A stretch of DNA of 64,000 nt. Origin: Gemmatimonadaceae bacterium. GTDB lineage: Bacteria > Gemmatimonadota > Gemmatimonadetes > Gemmatimonadales > Gemmatimonadaceae. The translations under genes were made by a program, and so were the position numbers. Shown piece after piece: positions 10,375 to 19,311 of this stretch. The notes below the pieces were generated by a model. It was not told the DNA's origin, searched no databases, and worked only from the letters and a program-made list of their open reading frames with translations. The stretch spans positions 63,704 to 127,703 of the forward strand of contig JANNXU010000084.1 in assembly GCA_031409715.1 (NCBI GenBank), read 5' to 3'. Positions within the stretch are counted from its first letter, which is position 1; each line of letters begins with the position of its first letter.

Positions 10375-11283
10375 GTGGCTGTGGGTCGGCGCGCCGTGCC
10401 TCTGACGGCCCAGGCGATGTATCCAGCGAACGACCCGGACGCCTCGGCGTTTCGGGTCGTGCTGGCATCGGGGGAGCAGGTGCGCGTGGTGGCGACAGGC
10501 GACCCGGCGGCGCCGCCGGTGCTGCTGCTGCACGGCTGGGGGTGTTCGGCCTATGCGTGGCGGTATCTGGCCGGCCCGATTGCGGCGCAGGGATGGAGGA
10601 CGCTGGCGATCGACCTGCGCGGCCACGGCCTGTCCGACCGGCCGAACGACGCTGGCCTGTACACGCGGGATGCGATGGTCGCACACCTGCGCGAGACCAT
10701 GGACGGACTGGGGGTTGCGTCCGCACCCATCGTAGCCCATTCGATGGGTGGCGCGGTGGCGGTGGGACTGGCGCTCCAGGAGCCGTCCCGTGTCCGGCAA
10801 CTGGCGCTGTTCGGCGCGGTGGGCTTCGGCATCGTCGACCGCGCAGCCTGGTCGCAGCTGCTCCCCCCGTCGCTGACGGCGACGCTGCTGCCGAACCGCA
10901 TTCCGCGGTGGGCGGTGAAGTTCGCGCTGGCGCATTCGCGCGGGGAGCGCGGGCTGTCGGATGAGCGCGAGGTGGACGAGTACTGGGCGCCGACGCAGTG
11001 GCCCGAGTTCCTGAACGCGATGCGGCTGCTGCTGCACCACTTCACCTGGTCGCCATGGACGCCGACCGAGCTGGCGCTGCTGCACCAGCCGCTGATGCTG
11101 CTGTTCGGCGACCGCGATCCAGTGGTGCGGCCGCGGCCGGTGGTGCCGACACTGGCGCGGTGCCTGCCGACCGCGTCGCTGCATGTGGCGCAGGGGGCCG
11201 GGCATGTGGTCCCGGAGGAGCGGCCGGAATGGGCGCTGGAGCGGGTGCTGCCATTCCTTGGCCGTCCCGGCGATTCTCCCTGA
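10375..11283 (+). CDS. Alpha/beta-fold hydrolase
   Basis: Motifs: PPVLLLHGWGCSAYAWR, IDLRGHGLSDRP, AHSMGGAVAV (GxSxG). It lies 13 nt after the preceding gene. An alternative start is ATG 10417. Confidence 0.85.
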   Translation: MAVGRRAVPLTAQAMYPANDPDASAFRVVLASGEQVRVVATGDPAAPPVLLLHGWGCSAYAWRYLAGPIAAQGWRTLAIDLRGHGLSDRPNDAGLYTRDAMVAHLRETMDGLGVASAPIVAHSMGGAVAVGLALQEPSRVRQLALFGAVGFGIVDRAAWSQLLPPSLTATLLPNRIPRWAVKFALAHSRGERGLSDEREVDEYWAPTQWPEFLNAMRLLLHHFTWSPWTPTELALLHQPLMLLFGDRDPVVRPRPVVPTLARCLPTASLHVAQGAGHVVPEERPEWALERVLPFLGRPGDSP

Positions 11284-11622
11284 TGCAGTACCATGGGGGC
11301 ACCGGAACACCCCGGCACGGCATGGGAATGGCCGGGGCCGTATGCACATGTCGGCATCCGGAGTACGTTACGATCCGAACAGCCGCTCGCGCCTGAGTGG
11401 GATGTTCACCGGCGGCGCGCGTCCCTCTGACGCGGCAGTTCGCCGGCGTCCCACGCGACGCGCACTCCGTGCACCCGTGTTGGTCGCCTTGACGGTCCGC
11501 GACGCTTTCCGTCGCGGCTGTGGGCGGGCAGCGCGTCGGCACCGGACCCCGGGACCGCTGCAGACAGCTTCACAGGTCGGCGCAAGCCGAACAGGCGACC
11601 TGTAGGCAACACACCACACCGA

Positions 11623-12909
11623 GTGAATTCACGTTCCCGACGCCCACGCACTGGTGGTCGCCCGCGCCCCGCTGGCACAGGCCCGACCACCGTCAGTGAG
11701 GCGGAACACAACTTCGTCCCGGAGCCCATCGAGGCAACGCCTGAGGCGATTGCCGAGCAGGCGGCGGCGGACGAGGCGCGCATCACGTTTGCGCAGCTGG
11801 ACTTGGATGAACGGCTGCTCGCCTCGGTGATCGCGGCCGGCTACGAATATCCGACACCGATCCAGCGCGAGGCGATTCCGCTGGCGCTGCGCGGCTCCGA
11901 CATCATCGGCCTCGCGCAGACCGGCACCGGCAAGACGGCGGCATTCACGCTGCCGCTGATCAGCCGTCTGCTGGATGGACCGAAGCGCACGCGCGCCCTG
12001 GTGCTGACGCCGACGCGTGAACTGGCGTTGCAGGTGGAAGAGAGTGTGCGCAAGTACGCGAAGGGCACCGGCATCGAGGTGGCGCCGATCTTCGGCGGCG
12101 TGCCGTACGAGCCACAGGAGACCGCGCTGCGTCGCGGGGTGGACATCGTGGTCGCCACGCCGGGCCGCCTGCTGGACCATCTCGAGAAGCAGAACATGGT
12201 CCCCGACGATCTCGAGGTGCTGGTGCTGGACGAGGCGGACCGCATGCTCGACATGGGGTTCGCGCCGCAGATCAATCGCGTGGTGGAGCAGATCCCGAAG
12301 TACCGCCAGACGCTGCTCTTCAGTGCCACCATGCCGCCCGAGGTCGAGGCGCTGGCGCGCAAGTACCTGCGACGCCCGATCGTGGTGCAGGTGGGCCGCC
12401 GCTCGAGCGCGGCGGTGACGGTGGCGCATGCCGTCTATCCGGTGCCGGCGGAGAAGAAGGTGGACCTGCTGGTGCACCTGCTGCAGCAGCCGAAGATGGA
12501 CTCGGTGCTGGTGTTCACGCGCACGAAGCATGGCGCGGACAAGGTGGTGCGCAACCTCGAGAAGCACGACATCGCGTCGACGGCGATGCATGCCGACAAG
12601 ACGCAGCCGCAGCGCATCAAGGCACTCGAGGGCTTCCGTGACGGGAGCATTCGCGTGCTGGTGGCGACGGACATCGCGCAGCGCGGGCTGGACATCAACG
12701 GCATCTCGCACGTGATCAACTACGACGTGCCGCAGCAGGCGGAGGACTATGTCCACCGCATCGGCCGCACGGGCCGCGCGGCAGCGACGGGTGATGCGGT
12801 GACGTTCATGGCGCCGGACGAGATCGCGATGGTGCGGACGATCGAGCGGGTGATCGGGCAGCAGATCCCGCGGGTGTCGGTGCCGGGCTTCGACTTCGGG
12901 ACTGGTTGA
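11623..12909 (+). CDS. DEAD-box ATP-dependent RNA helicase (RhlE-like)
   Basis: Motifs: PTPIQ (Q motif), AQTGTGKT, PTRELA, VLDEADRM, SAT, HRIGRTGR. The start is GTG, and the N-terminal ~50 aa are low complexity, so the true start may be later. Confidence 0.9.
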   Translation: MNSRSRRPRTGGRPRPAGTGPTTVSEAEHNFVPEPIEATPEAIAEQAAADEARITFAQLDLDERLLASVIAAGYEYPTPIQREAIPLALRGSDIIGLAQTGTGKTAAFTLPLISRLLDGPKRTRALVLTPTRELALQVEESVRKYAKGTGIEVAPIFGGVPYEPQETALRRGVDIVVATPGRLLDHLEKQNMVPDDLEVLVLDEADRMLDMGFAPQINRVVEQIPKYRQTLLFSATMPPEVEALARKYLRRPIVVQVGRRSSAAVTVAHAVYPVPAEKKVDLLVHLLQQPKMDSVLVFTRTKHGADKVVRNLEKHDIASTAMHADKTQPQRIKALEGFRDGSIRVLVATDIAQRGLDINGISHVINYDVPQQAEDYVHRIGRTGRAAATGDAVTFMAPDEIAMVRTIERVIGQQIPRVSVPGFDFGTG

Positions 12910-12940
12910 TTTGTTTTGCTTCAGTGGCGACAGTAACTGC

Positions 12941-13375
12941 AACAGCAGAACGCAGAGTCGCCACGGGACAGAAAGGCGCAGAGGGTGTGCGGTGTCCGGT
13001 TGCGGTCTGACGGGGGCATGATTTGCGAAGGGCAGGTAACGCTGTAACGGCAACGGCAACGGCAACTGCTTGACGCCAAGGCGCAAAGGCACGGAGGTGC
13101 AACGCTGTCGGCCCGCGCGATGTTCGGTGGTGCGAGGGTGTTGTGTGCTCGAACGGCTGGAGGATCTGCGCTCGCGAGCGCAATTCCTCCAGCTTTTTTG
13201 CGGCGGGTGGCGTCAGTTCCATCGCGTCTCGTGTGACCGACCGCGTTGCGCCTTTGCGTCAAGCCGTTGACGATGCCAGACGCGCCGATCGACCGCTGCG
13301 ACCACGCGCGCTGTTCCCCCAGTACTTCTTTGCGCCGTTCGGTCCCTTTCAGTCCCTTTGCGTTGATGCTGTTCC
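12941..13375. repeat. Composite nested inverted repeat: A unit, (AACGGC)3, B unit, terminator, B', A'
   Basis: The A unit starts at 12941. Hexamers occupy 13046-13069 and the B unit starts at 13070. B' lies at 13243-13264 and A' at about 13310-13375. See findings for the sequences. Confidence 0.8.
13156..13199 (+). terminator. Rho-independent terminator of the helicase gene
   Basis: GCTGGAGGA-(tctGCGCTCGCGAGCGCaat)-TCCTCCAGC followed by TTTTTT. The inner GCGCTCGCGAGCGC is itself a perfect palindrome. Confidence 0.85.
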
Positions 13376-13392
13376 AGCCGATTGCTGCGAAG

Positions 13393-13812
13393 CTATGCGC
13401 GGCGGATGCGGCCGATGCGGGAGATGGCGAGGGCGGTCGAGGCGCTGCCGCGCGTGATGGTGATGGTGGCCGTCGCGGCGCCCCAGCCGATGCCGGTGGG
13501 ACCGAAGGCGATGGAGTCGCGGGTGGTGGTGATGCGCACGCCGTAGGTGTCGAGTCGCAGCGTCCGGATCGTGTCGGCGCCGGCGAACACGGTGAGCGTG
13601 TTGCCGCTGGTGTCGATCCGGACTGCCGTCCGCCGAGCCGCGGTGAGCGCCATCGTGCGTGCGTCGGCCAGCGTGCGCGCCGCGTCGACGGCGGCGAGGC
13701 GGACGGTGATCCGGTCGCGCATGCCGACCAGCGCCGGGAGCGCGACGCCGGCGAGGACGGCGGTGATGGTGAGGGCGATCAGGATTTCGGGCAGGGTGAA
13801 GCCGGTGCGCAT
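13393..13812 (-). CDS. Prepilin-type N-terminal cleavage/methylation domain protein (GspH/FimT-like pseudopilin)
   Basis: MRTGFTLPEILIALTITAVLAGVALP matches the class III signal (G/FTLxE). GGAG lies 7 nt upstream of the ATG. Length is 139 aa. Confidence 0.85.
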   Translation of the reverse strand: MRTGFTLPEILIALTITAVLAGVALPALVGMRDRITVRLAAVDAARTLADARTMALTAARRTAVRIDTSGNTLTVFAGADTIRTLRLDTYGVRITTTRDSIAFGPTGIGWGAATATITITRGSASTALAISRIGRIRRA

Positions 13813-13896
13813 CTGGCACTCCGTGGGCTGGGGGCAGCGTCATGCTGCACCTCCACCCTCCGGTGTGCACACCGGAATCGCGCCGGCATCATCACA

Positions 13897-14556
13897 TCAG
13901 TGCAGACCGAGCACTGCCGAGACCTCGTGCATCGATGCCACGACGTGCGTGGCGCCGGCGTGGCGCATCTCGTCGGCGTCCACCATCGCGGCGTGGCCGA
14001 TCACGCGCATTCCCCCTGCCAGCGCCGCCTCGATGCCGAGCAGCGAGTCCTCGATCACCACGCACCCGTCAGGCGGCATTTGCAGGCGCTCGGCTGCGAG
14101 GAGGAACACATCCGGGGCTGGCTTGCCATGCGCCACCTCCGTGGCACTGGTGATCCGCCCCTCGAGCCGCGGCAGCAGGCCGGTGATGCCGAGGGTGGTG
14201 CGCATCTTGGCATGTGATCCGCTGCTGGCCACGCCGTACGGTGTGCCGCTCCGGTCGAGGGCGTCGAGCAGTGCCTCGATACCGGCGACGGGGCGCAGGT
14301 CGCGGGCGAAGACCGTCATCGCGCGTTCGTCGAGATCGGCGAGGAAGCTCGCGGGGACGGGGTGGCCCAACTCCCGTTCCACGATGTCCATGCAGCTCGT
14401 CATCGACCGGCCCATGAACGTTCGCGTGGTCATGTCGGTCGTGTACGGCAGCCCGAGTGCGTTCAGCATGGCGGTGAACTCACGGTTCATCAGCGGCTCG
14501 CTGTCCACGAGGACGCCGTCACAGTCGAGGATGACGGCGCCGGCGCGGAGCGTCAT
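13897..14556 (-). CDS. HAD-superfamily hydrolase (subfamily IA, phosphatase-like)
   Basis: From MTLRAGAVILDCDGVLVDSE (DxDxV motif I), with later SSGS and GKPAPD..., EDS..G motifs. The ATG at 14554-14556 overlaps the upstream stop (ATGA). Confidence 0.85.
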   Translation of the reverse strand: MTLRAGAVILDCDGVLVDSEPLMNREFTAMLNALGLPYTTDMTTRTFMGRSMTSCMDIVERELGHPVPASFLADLDERAMTVFARDLRPVAGIEALLDALDRSGTPYGVASSGSHAKMRTTLGITGLLPRLEGRITSATEVAHGKPAPDVFLLAAERLQMPPDGCVVIEDSLLGIEAALAGGMRVIGHAAMVDADEMRHAGATHVVASMHEVSAVLGLH

Positions 14557-15887
14557 CGCAGCAGGCGGGCGCTCTGCAGCCCGTTCAGCAGCGCATCGAG
14601 CGCGAGGGCGCTGAGTGCCTTCACGCCGGTCGGCAGGGAGGCCTCGTCCACGTCGTACATCGGCGAGTGATTGGCAGGGACACCGAACGGGTCGCGATCG
14701 CGTGGCGTCACGCCGAGGAAGAAGAACAACCCCGGCACCTTCTCCACGAGGCGCGAGAAGTCCTCGGCCGGCATCGATGGCATGCTTTCCAGCACCTGCG
14801 TGTCGCCGAGCGTGTTGCGCAGCACCGACGTGGCGCGGCCGAACCAGCGCGGATCGTTGGCGGTGGTGGGGTAGCCCGTGTCGATCGTGACCGTGGCGGT
14901 CGCGCCGCCGGCCTTGGCATACTCCTCGGCGATGGTGCGGAGCTGGGCGCGGATCAGGTCGCGCGCCTTGTCGTTGAAGGTGCGGAAGGTGCCGAACATC
15001 ACCGCGCTGTCCGGGATGATGTTCTCGCGGACGCCTGCCTGGAATCCGCCGACGGTGAGGATCGCCGGCCCGGCGGTGAGGTCCACGTTGCGGCTGACGA
15101 TCGTCTGCAGTCCCGTGACGATCTGTGCACCGATCACGATCGGGTCGACGCTGCGCCACGGCTGCGCACCGTGCGCCTGGCGGCCATGCACGACGACGCG
15201 CCAGTTGTCGGAACTCGCCATCATGCCACCGCTGCGGGTGGAGACCGTGCCGGTGGGCCCTGGCCAGGTGTGCAGGCCGTAGACCGCCTCGACCTTCGGG
15301 TCGTCGAGTGCGCCGGCATCGATCATCGGCTGGGCGCCGCCCTTGCCGCCCGCCTCCTCGGCCGCCTGAAACAGGAATGTCACGGACCCTGGCAGCGTCG
15401 CCTTCATCCCCGACAGCACTTCAGCGACGCCCATCAGGATGGCCGTGTGGGCATCGTGCCCGCAGGCGTGCATGACACCAACCGTCTGACCGCGGTAGGC
15501 GGTGGTGACCCTGGATGCGAACGGGAGGCCCGTCTGCTCAGTGACCGGCAGGGCATCCATGTCGGCACGGAGGGCAACCGCCGGGCCGGGCCGTCCCCCG
15601 CGGAGGATCGCAACCACGCCATGCGTCCCGCCGACCTCGGTGCGGACCTCCAGGCCCAGCGATTTCAGGTGGGCCGCCACGACGGCGGCCGTGCGCGTCT
15701 CCTCATAGCTGAGCTCGGGATGCTCGTGGAGATCGCGGCGCCAACTCACCACCTTGGGCGCGACCCGGGCGATGCGGGCGTCGAGATCCCGGAGCGTGGC
15801 GGCCGGGAGCGGCGGCGTGAGTGGGGCCTGCGCGGCCTGCAGGGCGGCGGAGACCAGGGTGAGCACGGAGAGGGGAAGGAGGCGCAT
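14553..15887 (-). CDS. M20D-family amidohydrolase (aminoacylase / hippurate-hydrolase type), secreted
   Basis: The signal peptide is MRLLPLSVLTLVSAALQAAQA. Motifs include HEHPELSYEE and MHACGHDAHTAILMG. It is translationally coupled to the downstream HAD gene. Confidence 0.9.
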   Translation of the reverse strand: MRLLPLSVLTLVSAALQAAQAPLTPPLPAATLRDLDARIARVAPKVVSWRRDLHEHPELSYEETRTAAVVAAHLKSLGLEVRTEVGGTHGVVAILRGGRPGPAVALRADMDALPVTEQTGLPFASRVTTAYRGQTVGVMHACGHDAHTAILMGVAEVLSGMKATLPGSVTFLFQAAEEAGGKGGAQPMIDAGALDDPKVEAVYGLHTWPGPTGTVSTRSGGMMASSDNWRVVVHGRQAHGAQPWRSVDPIVIGAQIVTGLQTIVSRNVDLTAGPAILTVGGFQAGVRENIIPDSAVMFGTFRTFNDKARDLIRAQLRTIAEEYAKAGGATATVTIDTGYPTTANDPRWFGRATSVLRNTLGDTQVLESMPSMPAEDFSRLVEKVPGLFFFLGVTPRDRDPFGVPANHSPMYDVDEASLPTGVKALSALALDALLNGLQSARLLR

Positions 15888-15894
15888 GCAGGGA

Positions 15895-15900
15895 ATTCTA
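15895..15900 (-). promoter_or_regulatory. Putative -10 box TAGAAT, 7 nt upstream of the ATG (leaderless candidate)
   Basis: The minus strand reads CTAGAAT-tccctgc-ATG. There is no Shine-Dalgarno sequence. Confidence 0.45.
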
Positions 15901-15970
15901 GCGTGGACCGTGGGAACAAGGCCCGGGCCGGTTACTTTGCTTGGCTGACCTACACTCCAACGCCTCCGTC

Positions 15971-17050
15971 ATGCGCATTGCCCTTTCCACCGGTGGTGGC
16001 GACGCCCCGGGCCTAAACGCCGTCATTCGCGCCGCCGTACTGTCCGCACTGGACCGCGGCTGGGAAGTCCTCGGCATCAAGCGCGGGTATTACGGCCTGC
16101 TCGGCGAGGACGACGTCGTCCCCATGACGCGGGACATGGTGGCTGGCATCGCGCACCTCGGCGGTACGATCCTTCGTACCACCAATCGCGGCAACCCGTT
16201 CTCCTATCCCGTGGCGAACGGGGACGGGACGTTTCGCGAAGTCGATCGCTCGGACGAAGTCGTGGCCAACGCGCGTGCGCTCGGCATCGATGCCATCATC
16301 ACCATCGGTGGTGACGGTTCGCTGTCGATCGCGCAGCGGCTGGTGGAGAAGGGGATGCAGATGGTCGCCGTGCCCAAGACCATCGACAACGACGTCAGTG
16401 GCACGATCACCACGTTCGGCTTCGACACGGCGGTGACGACGGCGATCGAGGCCATCGACAAGCTCCACACGACGGCCGAGAGCCATGATCGGGTGATGGT
16501 GCTGGAGGTGATGGGGCGTGACGCCGGCTTCATCGCGCTGCACGCCGGCGTGGCCGCCAGCGCCGATGTCGTGCTGATCCCGGAGATCGCGTTCGACGTG
16601 GAGAAGGTCGTGAGCAAGATCCGCTCGCGTGACCTGAACGGTCGTCGCTTCTCGATCGTGGTGGTGGCGGAAGGGGCGGTGCCGATTGGGGGCGAGGAGT
16701 CGATTCTGGGTCCGTCGATGCCGGGTCAGGCGAAGCGTGTGGGCGGGCTGGCCGGTCCGCTGGCGCGCACGCTGCAGGAGAAGACCGGCAAGGAGGCGCG
16801 CTCGTTGGTGCTCGGTCACCTCCAGCGCGGCGGCCAGCCGACGGGCTACGATCGTCTGCTGGCGACGCGATTCGGTGGCGAAGCGGTCCGCGCGGTGGCG
16901 GAGGGGAAGTGGGGCCACATGGTGGCGCTGCAGTCGCCGAACATCGTGACGATCCCGATCGTGGAGGCGCTGCGCGAGGTGAAGCGCGTGGACCCGAAGC
17001 ACGACATCGTGCTGACCGCTCGCGCGACGGGGATCTCCTTCGGCGACTGA
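15971..17050 (+). CDS. pfkA: ATP-dependent 6-phosphofructokinase
   Basis: Motifs: MRIALSTGGGDAPGLNAVIRA, ITIGGDGS, PKTIDNDV, MGRDAGFIAL. The start is moved to ATG 15971, in frame with ORF 15941. Confidence 0.92.
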   Translation: MRIALSTGGGDAPGLNAVIRAAVLSALDRGWEVLGIKRGYYGLLGEDDVVPMTRDMVAGIAHLGGTILRTTNRGNPFSYPVANGDGTFREVDRSDEVVANARALGIDAIITIGGDGSLSIAQRLVEKGMQMVAVPKTIDNDVSGTITTFGFDTAVTTAIEAIDKLHTTAESHDRVMVLEVMGRDAGFIALHAGVAASADVVLIPEIAFDVEKVVSKIRSRDLNGRRFSIVVVAEGAVPIGGEESILGPSMPGQAKRVGGLAGPLARTLQEKTGKEARSLVLGHLQRGGQPTGYDRLLATRFGGEAVRAVAEGKWGHMVALQSPNIVTIPIVEALREVKRVDPKHDIVLTARATGISFGD

Positions 17051-17136
17051 GGGAACCCTCGAGCCCTGACGTTCAGGTGAGGACAGGTGTCCACTGAACA
17101 GGACGAAGGGCTCGTGTCGGCAGCAGCGGATGAAAT

Positions 17137-17176
17137 GCGCTAACTGATTGCTGTTGAATCAGTTAGCGCTTTGTGT
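17137..17176 (+). terminator. Rho-independent terminator after pfkA
   Basis: GCGCTAACTGATT-gctgttg-AATCAGTTAGCGC (13-bp perfect stem) followed by TTTGTGT. Confidence 0.8.
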
Positions 17177-17266
17177 CGGTCTGGCACCGGCCCTGCCTAC
17201 TTGGGCGTATGCGCAGTGCGAGCGGACGAGGGCGCAGATGGACCATGCAGCAAGGAGACGGTGCCT

Positions 17267-17926
17267 GTGACGTGGGTGCGGCAGTGGGGCGTGGCAATCG
17301 GGTGGACGATCGGCAGTGCCGCAGCGGGCGCGGCGCAGTTGCCGACGGCAGAGCCGGACGTGCCCGCGGCGTACCTCCCGCCGTCAGGGATGTGCCGGGT
17401 CTGGCTGCGCGGGGTGCCGCCGGTGCAGCAGCCGGCGCCGACTGATTGTCCTTCCGCGCTCCGGGGCAAGCCCGTGGGGGCGACGGTGATTTACGGACCA
17501 CCGTCCCAGCAGCGTGCGATCGGGGCGAGCGCGTGGTCCCGTCCGTCGCTGCGGTCGGTGCGCGAGGATGAGCGCGCCGGCACGCCGGTCCGCAGCGGAA
17601 GCGACGAGGTGCGGTCGGACGGCTGCGCCGGCAGCCGGGAGCTGCATTGCGATGACACCGCCACACCGCTGCCCGCGATGCGCAGCGCCGTCCTCTGGAT
17701 CGAGGGGCAGCGCCCGATCGACCTGCAGCGGTGGTTCGCCGGCCAGACGGTGTCGGCGCGATTCGCGATGCCGATGCGCGGTGGAACGCCCGAGCGTGTG
17801 CAATGGTTCGACGGTGATGGCCGGCTCGTGCAGGTGTGGACCGACCGTGACGGTGATGGTCGTGCCGACCGGGTCGAGATCTTCGGCCGCGACGGCGTTC
17901 GACTGCGCGTGATCGGGCAGCAGTGA
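17267..17926 (+). CDS. Hypothetical secreted protein
   Basis: The GTG start has AAGGAG 9 nt upstream. The N-terminus VTWVRQWGVAIGWTIGSAAAGAAQ resembles a signal peptide. The C-terminus carries a DRDGDGRADRVE (DxDxDG-like) motif. GC3 is high. Confidence 0.5.
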   Translation: MTWVRQWGVAIGWTIGSAAAGAAQLPTAEPDVPAAYLPPSGMCRVWLRGVPPVQQPAPTDCPSALRGKPVGATVIYGPPSQQRAIGASAWSRPSLRSVREDERAGTPVRSGSDEVRSDGCAGSRELHCDDTATPLPAMRSAVLWIEGQRPIDLQRWFAGQTVSARFAMPMRGGTPERVQWFDGDGRLVQVWTDRDGDGRADRVEIFGRDGVRLRVIGQQ

Positions 17927-17983
17927 GGTGTGCCTGACGCAGCGGATGGCGGCGTGACACCGCCTGGCACCACATCTGTTGCG

Positions 17984-18013
17984 TTGACAGCGGATACCGT
18001 GCCGTGATAAGTA
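17984..18013 (+). promoter_or_regulatory. Sigma70-like promoter candidate upstream of the ATP-grasp gene
   Basis: TTGACA (17984-17989), then 17-18 nt, then ATAAGT/TAAGTA (18007-18013) with a TG two nt upstream. Confidence 0.45.
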
Positions 18014-18154
18014 TCGAGGACAATCGAACGCCGTGGTCATTTGCCGCCTCTTGCCGCCACGTAAAACACCGAGCTAAAACGCGAATGCCCGGCGGCTTTC
18101 CTGCGCCGGGCTTTGTCGTGTCCGGACGGCATTCCCGTGAGAGAGGTACAGTTC

Positions 18155-19132
18155 ATGTCCCGCAAGCCGATCGCCGTTTACCACGAGCATCCCGACTGGT
18201 TCCGCCCGTTGTTCGCTGAACTCGAGCGACGAGGAATCGCGTACGAGCGGCTGGATGCGGCCGCGCACCTGTTCGATCCGGCGGAGACCAGCGCACCGTG
18301 GTCGCTGGTGTTCAACCGCGCCAGTCCGTCGGCGTACCTCCGCAACCATGCGCAGACCACCTTCCACACGCTGCACTGGCTGCGGCATCTGGAGGGGATC
18401 GGCGTGCCGGTCGTGAACGGTGCGCAGGCCTACGCCTACGAGTTGTCGAAGGCGACGCAGCTCGACCTGCTGCGCGAACTCGGGCTGCCGTTTCCGAAGG
18501 CGCGCGTGATCAATCATCCGTCACGCGCGGTCGAGGCGACAAACGGTTTCCGCTTTCCCGTGCTGGTGAAGGCCAACATCGGTGGCAGCGGCGCGGGGAT
18601 CGTGCGCTACGAGACGGTGGAGGCACTGGCCGACGCGGTGGCGGACGGCACCGTCGACCTGGGCGTCGACAACACGGCGTTGGTGCAGGAGTCGGCGCCG
18701 CTGCGTGACGGGCACATCACGCGTGTCGAGACGCTGGGCGGGAACTACCTGTATGCGATCAACGTGTATCCGCCGCAGGACAGCTTCGACCTCTGTCCGG
18801 CCGATGCGTGCCAGACGACTTCGGGCGCGCAGCTCGTGCGCGGCGCATGCGCCATCGATGCGCCGACGTCGGGGATGCGCGTCGAGGCGGCGCATCCGCC
18901 GGCGCACATCATCCAGCAGGTGGAGCAGATCTCTCGCGCGGCGAACATCGACGTGGGCGGGATCGAGTACCTCGTGGACGACCGCGACGGGCAGCACTAT
19001 TTCTACGACATCAATGCGCTCAGCAACTTCGTGGCGGATGCGCCGAACGTGATCGGGTTCGATCCATTCGTGACGCTGGTGGACTACCTCGAGGCGCGGG
19101 TGGCTGGGGCGCCATCACTGGTGACGACGTGA
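18155..19132 (+). CDS. ATP-grasp domain protein (RimK / glutathione-synthetase-like fold)
   Basis: MSRKPIAVYHEHPDWF...; FPVLVKANIGGSGAGI; a GAGAGG Shine-Dalgarno sequence lies 8 nt upstream of ATG 18155. Confidence 0.75.
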   Translation: MSRKPIAVYHEHPDWFRPLFAELERRGIAYERLDAAAHLFDPAETSAPWSLVFNRASPSAYLRNHAQTTFHTLHWLRHLEGIGVPVVNGAQAYAYELSKATQLDLLRELGLPFPKARVINHPSRAVEATNGFRFPVLVKANIGGSGAGIVRYETVEALADAVADGTVDLGVDNTALVQESAPLRDGHITRVETLGGNYLYAINVYPPQDSFDLCPADACQTTSGAQLVRGACAIDAPTSGMRVEAAHPPAHIIQQVEQISRAANIDVGGIEYLVDDRDGQHYFYDINALSNFVADAPNVIGFDPFVTLVDYLEARVAGAPSLVTT

Positions 19133-19300
19133 GGCCCGGTGACTGGAGTCCCGGGTTCGGCGGGTGGCTGGGCACCGTGTCGGGCGTTGTCTCGGGCTCC
19201 GTGTGGGGCGACGGGACGGCAGCGGCGGCGATTGCGCGCTGAGCGTCACGAGCCGGGTGCGGTGCGCTGACGGGCTGCACCCGGACGCAGGTGACGGCGA

Positions 19301-19306
19301 TAGAAT
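19301..19306 (+). promoter_or_regulatory. Putative -10 box TAGAAT, 5 nt upstream of ATG 19312 (leaderless candidate)
   Basis: The sequence reads GATAGAAT-ggggc-ATG. Confidence 0.45.
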
Positions 19307-19311
19307 GGGGC

